A DNA stretch of 59,245 nucleotides, the filler included, from Platydemus manokwari (Eukaryota), in assembly GCA_037951405.1 (NCBI GenBank). It is 6 parts of 6 records of this genome, joined end to end, with 100 filler letters (N's around TTAATTAATTAA, not from the genome) between each part and the next. Parts side by side here need not be neighbours in the genome. Positions count along the whole stretch, not along the records: positions 1 to 9,089 come from JBBMOY011301206.1; positions 9,190 to 18,253 come from JBBMOY011304984.1; 4 more parts are not named here. One strand, given 5' to 3'. This document shows, in pieces, positions 1-12,610 of this stretch. The notes beneath the pieces were generated by a model. That model saw only the letters and a list, made by a program, of their open reading frames with translations, searched no databases and was not told the origin of the DNA. Position 1 is the stretch's first letter, and every line of letters starts with the position of its first letter. The translations under genes and the position numbers were made by a program.

Positions 1-674
1 AATGTTTTTCGAAATTATCTTTAAGAATGCGTCATTACAAAAACTATTTTTCGTATAGGTTTTTGTTATATCGAAGTTATTCGAAAAAAATTAAAATATC
101 TACTTTCTTGGGATTACATATTTAAACATAATAATAAATCGAAGTACACTAATAATAACATTACTAATTTTCCTAAATTCAGAATTCATAAATCACATCA
201 CCATAGTGAATTAATGCGTTACCAGGGCAAAGCCTTTGAGGTATTGAATTACAATGGTAATTATTAAAAATTATAAGAATTGCCATGACAATGGCAAGAA
301 ATTTAGCGAAATTTGTTAAACAACTTCCACACATGCCCACGGGGAAAATTGATATTTAAACAAATACGACTAATGGGAAAGGCTCACAAAAATTCTAACA
401 AACTAGCTCACAGTTTGCTTCGATTAGAGAAATTATCACTGTTAGTCAGTTAAATCAGAAATTGTAAATTGCTTATTAGGAATTGCGCTCTTTCATTCAT
501 TGTTGCTATCGATTCATCTCGGAATTTGAATATTTCTCGCGTGTTGCAATTCATCAACTGTGATTCGTTTCGGAAATCAGAAATCGTCATTGATATCGCT
601 CAGAAGGACTCTCTTCGAATCTCGCAGAAGGAATATCAATGGAATCTTACAAACATATGACACAATTGGTAATT

Positions 675-800
675 TTAATTGTTGTTCATCAGCACTAAGT
701 ATAAAGTCGTAAGGATTTGTACTTCAGTGCTTCCACATAACCTTAATTGTCAGTTCATCAATACTAAAGTATAAAGTCAACAGAATTTGTACTTGAGTGC
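675..800. repeat. Two tandem copies of a ~70-nt unit containing an imperfect hairpin
   Basis: TTAATTGT..GTTCATCA..ACTAAGTATAAAGTC..ATTTGTACTT(C/G)AGTGC occurs twice with period 70. GCACTAAGTATAAA pairs with TTTGTACTTCAGTGC. Confidence 0.8.
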
Positions 801-1479
801 CATCACTATGCAAAGCCTCAAGAGTTTTTAGTATTTAAAATCAAATTTTCTTTAGTTTTTCGACAGAAGTAAGGCGTTACTTAGTTCCTTACGTCGGTTT
901 GTTTCAAAACTCTTCAAGGCATAACACTTCTTTTTGTCAATTATATTGCATCATACATTAGTTAATCTTTATTATAATAAACGTACATTATTTTGACTTA
1001 TCGTTGTATTGCTCTATTGTTATTATACACTATATCCGTGTTATATACGCAACCTAATTATTGATTAAAGTCAGATTATTGGTGGAATCATCATTTTTCT
1101 GATTATAATCAACATTAAAGGAATACGTAGGTAATTCAGCGAGTTTTGACTGACTGAATTATCACACATAGTCAATCACCAAATATGACTGAGTATCATG
1201 CTAGTAGTTAAGCCAGTAACGGTAGTGCAGGAATATTTGCAAGAAACTAAAACAGCTGATAATCAAATTAGATTTTTATAATTATTCGAATATGAAACAT
1301 TTAAAGGAAGCTATATCGAAATGAGTTTATATATAATAGAATCATTTCATACATGTACCGACGATTCCGACAGTTATACCCGATTAGCAATGAAAAAATT
1401 GAAATAAAGATTTTCATTTTTTGAAAACTCATCTTCTTGATATTATTATTATTATATAATATTGTTGGTTGATGTTGAT

Positions 1480-2270
1480 TTTAGATTTTATTGGTTCTGG
1501 GGGTTTCAGTAACTAGTGTGATGACCGAATTACTGGAAAATGATACGAGTTTAAATTTAATAGTTAAGCGCAGAGGAACTGAAGTTGCTCTGAGCCTGAA
1601 ATAATGAGAAGGTTATAAAACCCAGATTCGAATTTGATTAATAACTCATAATAATATAAATGAATTAACGAGTTGATGATCAACGTTATAACGATAATAG
1701 TGTCGATTGTTGAACTATTAACTAATTCTAAAACCAAAACTCAAATCACAAAATCAAAACGTTTATTAGTTAGGAAATTGAAGCGTAACAATTATTATGA
1801 AAAAGAACACAAAAATTTATCAATCGCCTGAGCGATCAACAGGTAAATCCCCGTAACGGACGAAGGTAATAATTATTTTTACATAAAATGGAAGATGTTA
1901 GTTACCGACAAATAAAATATTATCATTTATTAATAAAATTAATAGTTAATTATAATTTAATCTTCAAAAGAGTAAGCGCTAAAAAGTGTGATTAATGAAA
2001 ATGACAATAGCAAAACTCTTGCTATGATTTGAATTTCCACTGAGATGATAATTAATCCAAACGAGAACTCACGGCTTGCAGATGCTTCTCCAAAAAATAT
2101 TACGAAACAAACACAATAATTTTTTCCTACGAATTGCTCTGAACGACGAATGTGACTAACTGTAGTTACAAATTTTTAGCTTCGTCCGAGTAATAATCCC
2201 AATAGTGATTGTGGTTGGTGATCAAACCTAACAACTGTATTTATAGTTGTTGTTATGCTATCGTCCTATG
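1480..2270 (-). repeat. Diverged dispersed repeat, family B (LTR-retrotransposon-like non-coding sequence); homologue at 43610-44490
   Basis: Collinear shared blocks in inverted orientation: CAAAACGTTTATT..AGGAAA..AACAATTA.TATGA, TCGCCT(G/C)AGCGAT, CTCTG(A/G)GCCTGAAATAAT, AATTATCATC.CAG..CATAG.AAGAGTT, and TATAAATA. Confidence 0.65.
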
Positions 2271-4846
2271 CTCATGTCTTAATTAATTGTTCTCATCTGT
2301 TACATTCCTACGCTTATAGCTTAATTAATTATTCTTATCTGACCTACCTGATCTACATTTTTTTCTTATTTTATACTTGTCTTAAGCTATCTTTTTTTTA
2401 TTTTAGTTTATTTATTTATTCCATTTAATTTAATTGTTTTTTATTTATTTATTTGTTTTTATTGCCTAATTTTAATTTATTGCCTACTCCATTTGATTTA
2501 ATTACTCTATTTGTTTATGCGCCTTTATTACTTAACTTTTAATAATTATTAATATATTTTATTTCGTTATTTTGTCGGAACACATTCCCCATTCTGCTAT
2601 CCGCTCCAATCACACACATATCAAATGTTTATTCTCTGGCAAAAATACTAATGAAAGACAATTGCTTTCAAAGTTTAATATAAAATAAATAATATAATAA
2701 TTGTTTTGAAGCATGACATGAATAAAAGATAATTGTTGGCACACAAAATAGATATACAGACGGCAGACAATTGTCCATATTGTTTGTGACACAACTGGAA
2801 GGTTAATTGTCAAAATAATAGGTATCCATTCATCGCTTCAGCGCTTGGATCACCCTCCGTACTGGATGTCTGACGTCCTCGGGCGCGGCTCCTTTGATTG
2901 CCAATTTATAATCAAGATGTACTCAATATTTAAGATCATTGGATGGAGTTATATACAACTTAATATAAAAATGTTTTCGAACTGATATGTATAAATGTTT
3001 CGGGACATGTATGTTGGGATATAAAAAGATGTTGTTGGGATATGTGTAAAAAATTTTTTTGGGCTGGGGTGTATCTCAACATTATCGACGATGACATTCG
3101 AGTTTCTAAAATAATTCTGGTCTAAAATTCAGCTGGTATTTCTGAGTTATTTGCGATGGAGGGTGAACAGGCATTGGTGGCGTGTCACAAATATAGTTCT
3201 TTTAGGTTTTGAAAGTTACTTGACAACTTATTTTAATTGCTATGAATTGATATATTTTACAATTTTGTTTGTGTAGTTAAGCATAGATAACAAACAGGTT
3301 CTCAATCAGAGATTTAGAGAATCACTGGAAGGACTAGTGGCAAATTATTCATTCAAGATATTTTAAAATTAATTTCGTTATGCATCGATGATTTATAACA
3401 CTTTACAAGAACGCACTCCTGTTAATCAGAATGGCCTTAGAATTGGAGTATCAATATGGCCAAAAGCATGCCCTATGATATAGGCATCTTGCTAGATCAA
3501 TCCTACCTCTAGAAAATCAAAAACTCCATTAAAAACTATCAAAATTTAAATATTAAATGTGAATTGAAAACTCATGTCAAACACAATCTAATATTAAATC
3601 CATTAACGATCATGGCTTTCTTGCTTGTGTGAAACCAGGGAAACTTATTGTAAAAATTGATTTGTTAATTGTTGTAATTATAATAATGAACATCTTATTA
3701 TCATTATGAGTATTATAAAATTTTTATTTAAAAGATTTTATAAATTGATTTTAAGGGATATTGATTTATTTAAATTATTGTTTAAATACATGATTTTGTG
3801 TAGTGATTTTGCAAACTTTTTCTATGCGTGTTTTACTAAATAACAGCAGCTTAAAATCATCTTTTTCCTTTTGAGTTCATCAGCCTAATGTATGGATAAC
3901 AAGACATTACACTGATAAGAGATTAATTGGACAATATAATGCAGAATTTATTTATCACATAATTTCCATGGAAACCTTATCCCAATGCAGTGCGAAGTTG
4001 TTATAAGCAAACAATGGCATTTTGAAATAAATTTGTGCATATATCGAAGAATGGTAATGGTAAATCGCAATCATTATTGATAAGGTTATTGAAGGTGAAG
4101 AACTGCAACAAACCTGAATGAATCTTTATCTTATAGTGGATAACCTTCATTAATTAATCCATAGATCCAATGATAGTGAATAACTAGGTTTTATTTTTCA
4201 ATTTCTTTAGAGATTACTAATGTATGCATATTTCTTTGCTAGGTGTTATCAACCAAGCGTGTGTGATGATAATTATTTTGTAATAAAGGCTTATGATTAA
4301 GTGGTGATTTGGCTACCAGGTGAATCATTTTCACTGGATCAAACTCTCTAACAAGCGATAGAATTAACTAGGTGCTAATAGATTCGGTTCATTATATACT
4401 CGCATTATAGGACGTGGAATTATCTGTTCCCAAGGAGATCTGTGTATTATGATTTAAATTATCCATGTTTATGGATTCTAATTCTTACATTATGCCTAAT
4501 TATCCTGCTCGAATACATTGTTTCTAATTAGTTATAATTTAGAGGTTTTCGAATAAATTATAAGAGTAGTGATAACAAGTCAGTAAAAGTTCATTGTTTA
4601 TATTGCTAGTTAAAGGTCACGTTTATTAACTTTCATCGATGTAAGTTTTATTGAACTTTAATTTCTTTAATGGTTCATAATTGGGTTGTCGTCAAAGAAC
4701 AGTGAAACAAATGCTTGCAAATAACTCAAACACTCTGACATTTGCACAAAAATTCTTTTAAATTTGAAAATTTTTAAAAATTATATTGTGTGATTTATAT
4801 TATGATTTATTATTTATGATTCCAATATTGGGAATAAATATTAATG

Positions 4847-4848
<2 letters not shown>

Positions 4849-4893
<45 letters not shown>
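4849..4893. repeat. (AAT)n microsatellite
   Basis: About 15 perfect AAT units; this explains the poly-N ORF at 4786-4992. Confidence 0.95.
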
Positions 4894-4894
<1 letters not shown>

Positions 4895-7109
4895 TAGTAG
4901 TAATAATAATAAAAATAACAATTATAAAACCATTTGGCTATAGCTTATTATTTAAAAATGAGATTTTTCATCCGTTTTATTTGATCTACTGAATTACACC
5001 ATCATATCGAGTATGGAACTTATTATGAGAATCAAATTCGGTAGTTTTATCTCAAGTTGATTAATATATTTTCAATAATAATGTAACAGACTTGTGTTTA
5101 AAATTACTTTTATATTTCGGAGTAAATTAATATGTTCCGATTATTATAAAACCCTCGAAACCTTTTTAATTTTAAATATATATTTAAAACCATTACTAAA
5201 AATGTTTTCCAGTTTAAAATACTACTTGTTAAGTGATATTGCTAAATATTGCGTTTATATTTCTCAGTTTGAGTTATTCAGTTAAAATAATAATAAATTA
5301 TAAAATATAATCCATTCATTATTTGATACAATTTTAAACAACGGATGTTCAAGCGAAATTTCTAAAACTGAAAATAAATTTCTGAATTTTAAGTTCTGTT
5401 TTGTTGGGTATAATCTTTTCAATTTGAAAATTAAAATTCTTTCTAGAGCATAATCAGTCTCTTTCGAGGCTGTAATGCAATTTCAGTTCATAGATTTGTT
5501 GTAACTTTTCTTTCGTTTCAATTATTTTGATTTCGTCTTTTGTGCTTGATCGTTAAGAAATTTCTTCTATGAATGACTGGATTGCTATTGGTTGAAATGA
5601 ACGATTAAACTCAAACTGACGCCAACAATAATTAGTAAATCAAGAACAAAAAAATGTTTTCACAATTGATTATTTACACGAACAGTTTAAACAAAACTTT
5701 CTATAATGAATCTATTTATTCAATATTAACTCGTCAGACTATGTTTAATTCAGTAAAAATCGTGAAATCTAAACGCTTAGATAACTGAATAGATTCAATT
5801 CATCAAGTCAATAAATAAGAGACAGATGTTTAGTAAAAGGAAAATTATAATTGAATGTATTAACAAGGACTCCCCATTTTATTTTGAGCAAATTTTGTAA
5901 ATTTTAATCCATTTATCAAGCCAAATCTAATGATATTAGTGATATTAAAAATTATAAAATTTTTAAAATATTTTACTAATATTAAACGAAATAAATTACG
6001 AATGAGCTAATGTAAAGGACACGTATGTCGTAAAATTCTGTTGGTAACACCTTGCTTAATATCACTCTAATTGAAAATATTCCACCATACAACATTTTAT
6101 ATAAAATAAATTTAAAAAAATTTATAACGATTAATCAGCCATTAGAGAGTTGTTATTTGAGATGGAATGAGATAAAGAAAGAGAAGTTGTTTTATTTTAA
6201 TTTATTTCTTTTTAAAAAATGCTTATGGCTTAACTTTTTAACTATAACATTTAGATATTGCAGCTATCAATTATGTTAAAACCTTTTTATTTAATTTATT
6301 GTTAAATTTTCGTGCTATTATTTTATTTATTGTTCTAAACGTATTGTGATCATTATTATAATCATCAAAGTTAAATTCATCTTTAAATATTTCATCATTA
6401 TGTTGGGATAGCATGGAACGTCTAGTGCTCTATTCAGATAGTGAAGAGAGCGAAGATGAAAAAATCCCATATACTATTAAGTCATACCATGAGTGGAGAC
6501 AGCAACAACAGCTATCGCAAAAACCATCACAACCACACAAACCATCACAAAATAACTCACAACCATCCACGAGCAGTGATGTGTACAAAAGACCAAAAAC
6601 CCGGTACACCGATAATTGAAAAACCCGGGACTATAGTAATTAAACCCATAAAATCAGGCCCAAAATGGGAAACATGGGCTACCCAAAGCTGGAGCGTGGA
6701 CCTAGACGCTTGATGTCATTGAGAATTCCCATCTGCAAACTGAGAAGTCAAATCCCAGTAATCAATCCAGTTTCAAAGAATGACTCAATCATATTATGAT
6801 ATTGATTTTTATACTTGATCATCAGTGATTTTGATTATGATAATGAATTAACTTGATATTTTAATGACTTAATTTTCATATCTGACTTGATTTTGATCAT
6901 CTGTAATCTTGATTGTAAATATGAATTTTTGTAATTATTTGTTGAAATAATTGTTAAAATGTAATTTGGATATAATATAAAGAAAATAGAAAATATAAAT
7001 TACTATATATTATTATTTATAGATCAGAGAATCAAAAAATAATATTTAGTTTTCATTGTCAGAAATTTAATAATAATTAATTAGTAATGTCAATAATTTA
7101 ATAATAAAA

Positions 7110-7630
7110 TTTATAGGGTTAGGTAAATTATTGAGAATTTGTAAGGTTTAGAACTTTTATAATGATAAACATTAAAGATCCGAAGTGAAAAAATTGTTTA
7201 AAATTTATAAAAGTGATGGAAATTCGTAGGTACAAAGTACCGAATCTCAGCATCTATATAAGCTGTTGGATTTCCATCACAATTCACTCTCAAAAAATTC
7301 GGTTAACTTGAGCAATCAAAGGTTTTGAATTCATCGACAACTAAATTGTTTTGAATACTCTTCTGAACCAGAAATAGTTACGAAAAAGTAATAATAAACT
7401 ATTAGTTATAAATCAATCCCAAATCATTTTTTGACTCTAAAGGATCAACCTTTGGAGCACACATAATAAAATCTATAATAAAATTATAAGGAAAAATTTT
7501 TGGTTCTCACGGTCTCTGTGAGATATCCATACTCAATTTGTTTTTTAAACAATCTTTGTGTGAGCTAAGCTGGACTGAGTTAAACCGTTGTATTTAATTT
7601 AATTGTGTTATTTAAATAAAAGTTTTTGGT
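7110..7630 (+). repeat. Diverged dispersed repeat, family A (probable solo LTR); homologue at 42340-42830
   Basis: Collinear matches to the reverse complement of 42340-42830: AAAATTTA.AAAAGTGATGGAAATTC, AAGGATC..ACCTTTGGA, TCTCACG.TCTC.GTGAGAT, AATTGTGT.AT..AAATAAAAGTTT. TATATAA near 7256 and AATAAA near 7615 give an LTR-like order. Confidence 0.7.
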
Positions 7631-9089
7631 AATTTTTCGAGTGTCGTTGATATATTGAAATTTTTTTAACAAAAGCGAATTATTAAATTAATATAAACCC
7701 CGATTTTTATTGTTCGATAGCCTTTGATTAAGGGTTTCAACAGATCGTATGAAAGCCAAACTGATAAAATATTATACTGAAACAAATTTAAATTACATGC
7801 GCCGTCGATAAATGTCTCTCAGTACCGATGATAATGATACGTTTTGAGGTCACTATGGTTTATTTTCATTATTGCTGGTTATTTCGAATTGATCGATATC
7901 TGTCTTAATCAGTCTTTAGAGTCGGTTCTTGATCCTCGGGTAGTATTTTAACCTTTGTTTAATGTGGTTCCTTCGCCTCAGCGTTCCCCAATTATGTGAA
8001 GATAAATGAATAACGATTTATTTAATTTAAAATTTATCAATGCCTCTTTAACTTTCTCAAATTCCATTATTCTGATTTTATCAGTCTGTCTTGTTAACTT
8101 TAATCCCAGTCATTACTAAAAATGTGGTGAATGACAGTGAATATATCACTTATAAAATTGAGAATCCTTATGGTTTACTGCCTGATCGATAAAAAAACTG
8201 GTTTTTGATACATAATGTTTATTTCAATTAACGATTACACTAACGGACTACTTTTATACTATGATTACGTATACAATTATATAAATTAATTTTATACAAC
8301 GATGATTTTAAGACTACTTCTATACACTCAAAAGCTTGAAAGATCAATGTGCAATTTACAGTAGAAGATCGTGGACCACAAGATCCTTCGTCAATATTGG
8401 ATAAGTGTTATTTTCAAGAGGATTTGAGGTAAGCACGATAAGTCGAGAGAATATGTGAATGGATAATAATATGAATTTTACACGAACTATTTTACTTTAC
8501 TTTGGTTCGTCGGTAAATAGAATATTCCCATTCGCTTACTGTGAAATTACTGTGCAGATAAAACTACTTCGCTTGAAGAATTTGCACGGCTTGGCAAAAA
8601 CGAATGAATGTTCTATCTTCACCAATAAGACTAGTGGTTTCGATAATAATCATAATAATAGGGCAAAGGCATTTGATTGTTTCTGCCTTATATACGGCGC
8701 TGCCTAGTCAAGGGAAATAATAGGCTTGAATGAAAAATGCGATCTGCATATCCGTTTAATTGTTGTTATTTTTTTCAATTGAAAAGGATTTTATTTCACC
8801 GGGTTGTTGTAATGCGGGTTTAATTGTTATCATTATTTTTAGGATAATGAGTTCCGTTAATAAATTCTGATTGACGACAAAGTTATTATCAAACTTATTC
8901 AATTTATTTAATTTGATTTTAATACTAAATCAAAATTATTATTAAATGATAATTTATAATTTATTTAAATAATATCTATATTTAATATTATTATCAACCA
9001 AAACTATTAATATTATATTAATTTTATGTGGAGAAGTTTAACTTGGACTTTTCCTAAATTTCACAAAGATTAAGAATTTAAATCAATAT

Positions 9090-9189
9090 NNNNNNNNNNN
9101 NNNNNNNNNNNNNNNNNNNNNNNNNNNNNNNNNTTAATTAATTAANNNNNNNNNNNNNNNNNNNNNNNNNNNNNNNNNNNNNNNNNNNN
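9090..9189. other. Artificial contig-joining spacer (44 N + TTAATTAATTAA + 44 N)
   Basis: The same 100-nt layout occurs five times; TTAATTAATTAA gives stops in all six frames. Confidence 0.97.
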
Positions 9190-11749
9190 ATAGGTTTATG
9201 CATTTAGGTTTATTATATCTCGGTTCAAGTGATTGGTGGTTGATATTACAAGATCGTCTTAGATCAGGTCTTTGGCTTAAGGATTCGTGCCGTTTTTGCG
9301 TTTACAGAAATTTACTTTTACTTACAATTTCTTTAATAATAATACAGGAAAGAGATTAATGTTAAATGTTTTGAGTTCAAAAAATATTGTGATGTTTCAT
9401 AATTTTCTCTTTGTCAACTGAAAAGAAGATGTTTGCAAATATACTGAACAAACTTCATGATGAAAAGGATATGTGAAATTGACTAATGCACGCAAATGTT
9501 AAATGTGCTTGAAAATATGCTAAACGGTACATTTAAGTTGAATTCTGATAAAATATTAATGGTTTACTTTCTAAAATTTTAATATTAATAATACCAGCTA
9601 ATATTAAGTACAAATAAAACGAAAGAGATTAATAGATATAAAGAAAACAATTAGCATTTTATTACATAAGATATTTCATAAATAAATTCAGAAGTTCAGT
9701 TGACATTGTTTATCAAAGTATTTTTTAAACTTTAATATTATATCGGGTTTCTGGAGTCATGTCAATTATCAATTCTGTTTCTCAGTATTCCAATAATTCT
9801 CGCGAGCTTCATTTTATTTAATTATCGGTTTGAGATCAACTAAATATCACAACACTCGCTTGCTGTTTTGTTTTATCAAAAATATCGCCGAACTCGATCT
9901 GTTCCAAAACAATGATTCTGATATTTCATTCTGACGATTTTCTGTTTTCAACCATTTGACTTTGAATATATTAATTATTAATCAAGAAGAAACCAAATAT
10001 TAAAACAAATCACAATTCATTATAAAACAATGATAATAGATGATTATCATTGACTTGATTCACACACAAATACCATCGAATGATTTTGCCTTTGTTATTG
10101 ATTTGAAATCATTTAATTACATATGAACCCTGTCTATGTCAGATTGAGGTAAAAATATTTTAAATATTTTTTACCTTGTATTCTTTGAATGTTCGGATAA
10201 AGTCTGCGTCATGTTCTGTTCATTTGTTAACTTTATAACAGTCCTTTAGCAGTTAATCACTTCGAGAAATATCAAGATTGGTAGAATAGGTAGACAGTTT
10301 GCTCTCAGGATTATAAATTGTGGCTCAGTATTTATAATAATTATCACTATCTCATCTTGTGCATTTACTTCTATTTTTATTTTTTGTTGGAAGCTGAGTA
10401 TTATGAGTTTGTTTTATATTGACTTATAGAGTATTTGCTGAATTTTAGAGTGGTTTGTGTACGTACAGATTAATAGGATTCAATTGCAAATTTTCAATTC
10501 TTTTGGATCCATCAATGTTATTATATTAAATACTGAACAACGAAAACTGGCTTTATACCAGACTCTCAAGTGTTCATTTTCACATTATATCTGTTAGGAT
10601 TCAAACCACAACATCCACAATCAACATTTACTCCCACAGAACACAATGACAAAGCAAAAGGGCTAATCACATATGAAAATATCAAAAATTTTAAAAATAG
10701 AATCACGTAATTTCACAAATAGATCAATAATTAGGAATAGAATTGGACACTTACACAAATAGTTTAATAAATAAAAGAAGTTAAAAATAGAAATACGTAA
10801 TTACTAAAATAAAAATATTATGATTAACTGAGAAAAGCAACAAAAGGGCAACAATATTCCAGACTAATTGCCAAAAATTTACTCGCGAAACTACTAGCGA
10901 AAGGTTCAAGCAGATTACTTGTTGAAATTCAAACGACGAACTTATGAAAATATTCGACAGCAGCTGCTCAGAACCCACTACTCTAGACAGTAACTCCACT
11001 ATATCCAGGCTATCAACAAGTATACTTTCGTTGTTACTTCTTATTGTGTCGTCAAGATTCGATAGTAATTAAACAATCTTCATTTTTTCCTTTATTTTAT
11101 ATAAGTTTTATATAAGTCTTTCTGATTAAGTGACTCAGCATTTCGCCAGTAAATTTAATTAAATTAATTTTGATACCATGTGAATTTAATTTTTTCATTT
11201 ATAAATAAATTTTATTTATTTAATTTATTATTATTTATTTATTTATTTATTTTTATATTTTACTCATTAAATAAACGCGAATTATTTTTATTTCAGTCAA
11301 TGCTTTCGTTTTAATAATCCGGTTTTCTATATATTGATTTCAACTTTTCTAATCTAATCATGATTTACTTTAATCGATTTATTTATGGATTTTTGTAAAT
11401 GATTTTCATTTTTCCAATTTTTTATTTTAATAATTATATTTATTTCACCACCATTTTACGATACCTATATCTTTATTATGTAGTTACATTCACCTGCAAT
11501 TTGATACCAAAGATATCTGAACCGTTTGTTGGAAATCATTAATGATATAAAATAATCATAACTAAACATGAAGATACAAATGTAGAAAACTCAGTGCTAT
11601 ATGTTAATGTTAAGCAATATTGAAAGATACAAAAACATACAAAGATATCAAATCGACAATATTTAATCATGTATGCACAGTTTGATCGTTAATTGAAACA
11701 CATAAAGGTATCGAAATGCCCACTATTAATTATTATATAATGTTGGATT

Positions 11750-12120
11750 GGTACTAGCCATTGAAATAGGTTAAGAGTTTCTGACTCCCACTTGTCTCAC
11801 ATCAATTGCATTTGGCCTTTCGTTCGTTAATTTAGTCTCCGGATGTTAGATTCTTGATCATTCTTCTCGATATATCTCACTATATGTTACGGATCCATAT
11901 TGGTGATTCTCTTGTCTAATCTATTCATAAATTCGTAGATTTCCAATGTTACACTTCCTAAATTGGCTTTTTGAACTAGAAAAGATTTGTATGACATAAG
12001 TTCGAGAGTGAACCCAATTCCAGTTTTCATTTATCCATTAAATAGACCTGCTTTTACTGACTCACTTTACTTGAAACTTGGCTCACTCCCCAACATAAGT
12101 ATCTCAAGATGGCATATATT
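11750..12120 (-). pseudogene. Decayed coding remnant, possibly a MULE-type transposase C-terminus
   Basis: A stop-interrupted frame reads ..EIYEFMNRLDKRITNMDP*HIVRYIEKNDQES..DKWES, with NWNWVHSRT in another frame. This loosely matches the MULE W..RTNN..E..H.RL...P tail. Confidence 0.3.
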
Positions 12121-12610
12121 TAATTTTCAATTCAATAAATATATAGAAAAATGTAGACAATTAACTGCCTCAGTGCATTGATAAATATCTTCATTTTTTA
12201 AGTTATTCAGGAATGTTTTAATTCAATGTATGGATTTGAATTAATAAGGAAATTCAATTTAATTAAAAATTGAATAAAATCTAATTAGTGCAGAAATTAG
12301 TATAAATTTGAATCAAATCTACGTGAAACTTTCATCACAGCATTCTAAATAAGTTGGTCCAAATTTGCAATAAACTTATAAGTATATTCATGTAAAAAAT
12401 AAGTATTTCTTATTAGTTTTTTGAAATTTTGAGAGTAATCAGATATAAATAATTAAATTATTATTCTAATAAATTTATATTTATGCGATTTATTTATTTA
12501 TATCTTCATAATAAATTTCCAACACATTGGATATATATAATATATATATCAAGCATATTTTGTTTAAATATTGATACTTTATGTTTTAAATTTTAATTGC
12601 GATTATAAAA

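Noticed and set aside
684-800. C/D-box snoRNA, SECIS or CRISPR-like array
   Set aside because: Boxes are too close together, there are only two units, there are no unique spacers, and the context is eukaryotic with no cas genes.
4786-4992. Poly-Asn ORF
   Set aside because: Translation of an (AAT)n microsatellite from a non-ATG start.
9134-9145. TTAATTAATTAA recurring about every 10 kb as a biological periodic motif
   Set aside because: Always centred within exactly 44+44 N, so it is an assembly linker.
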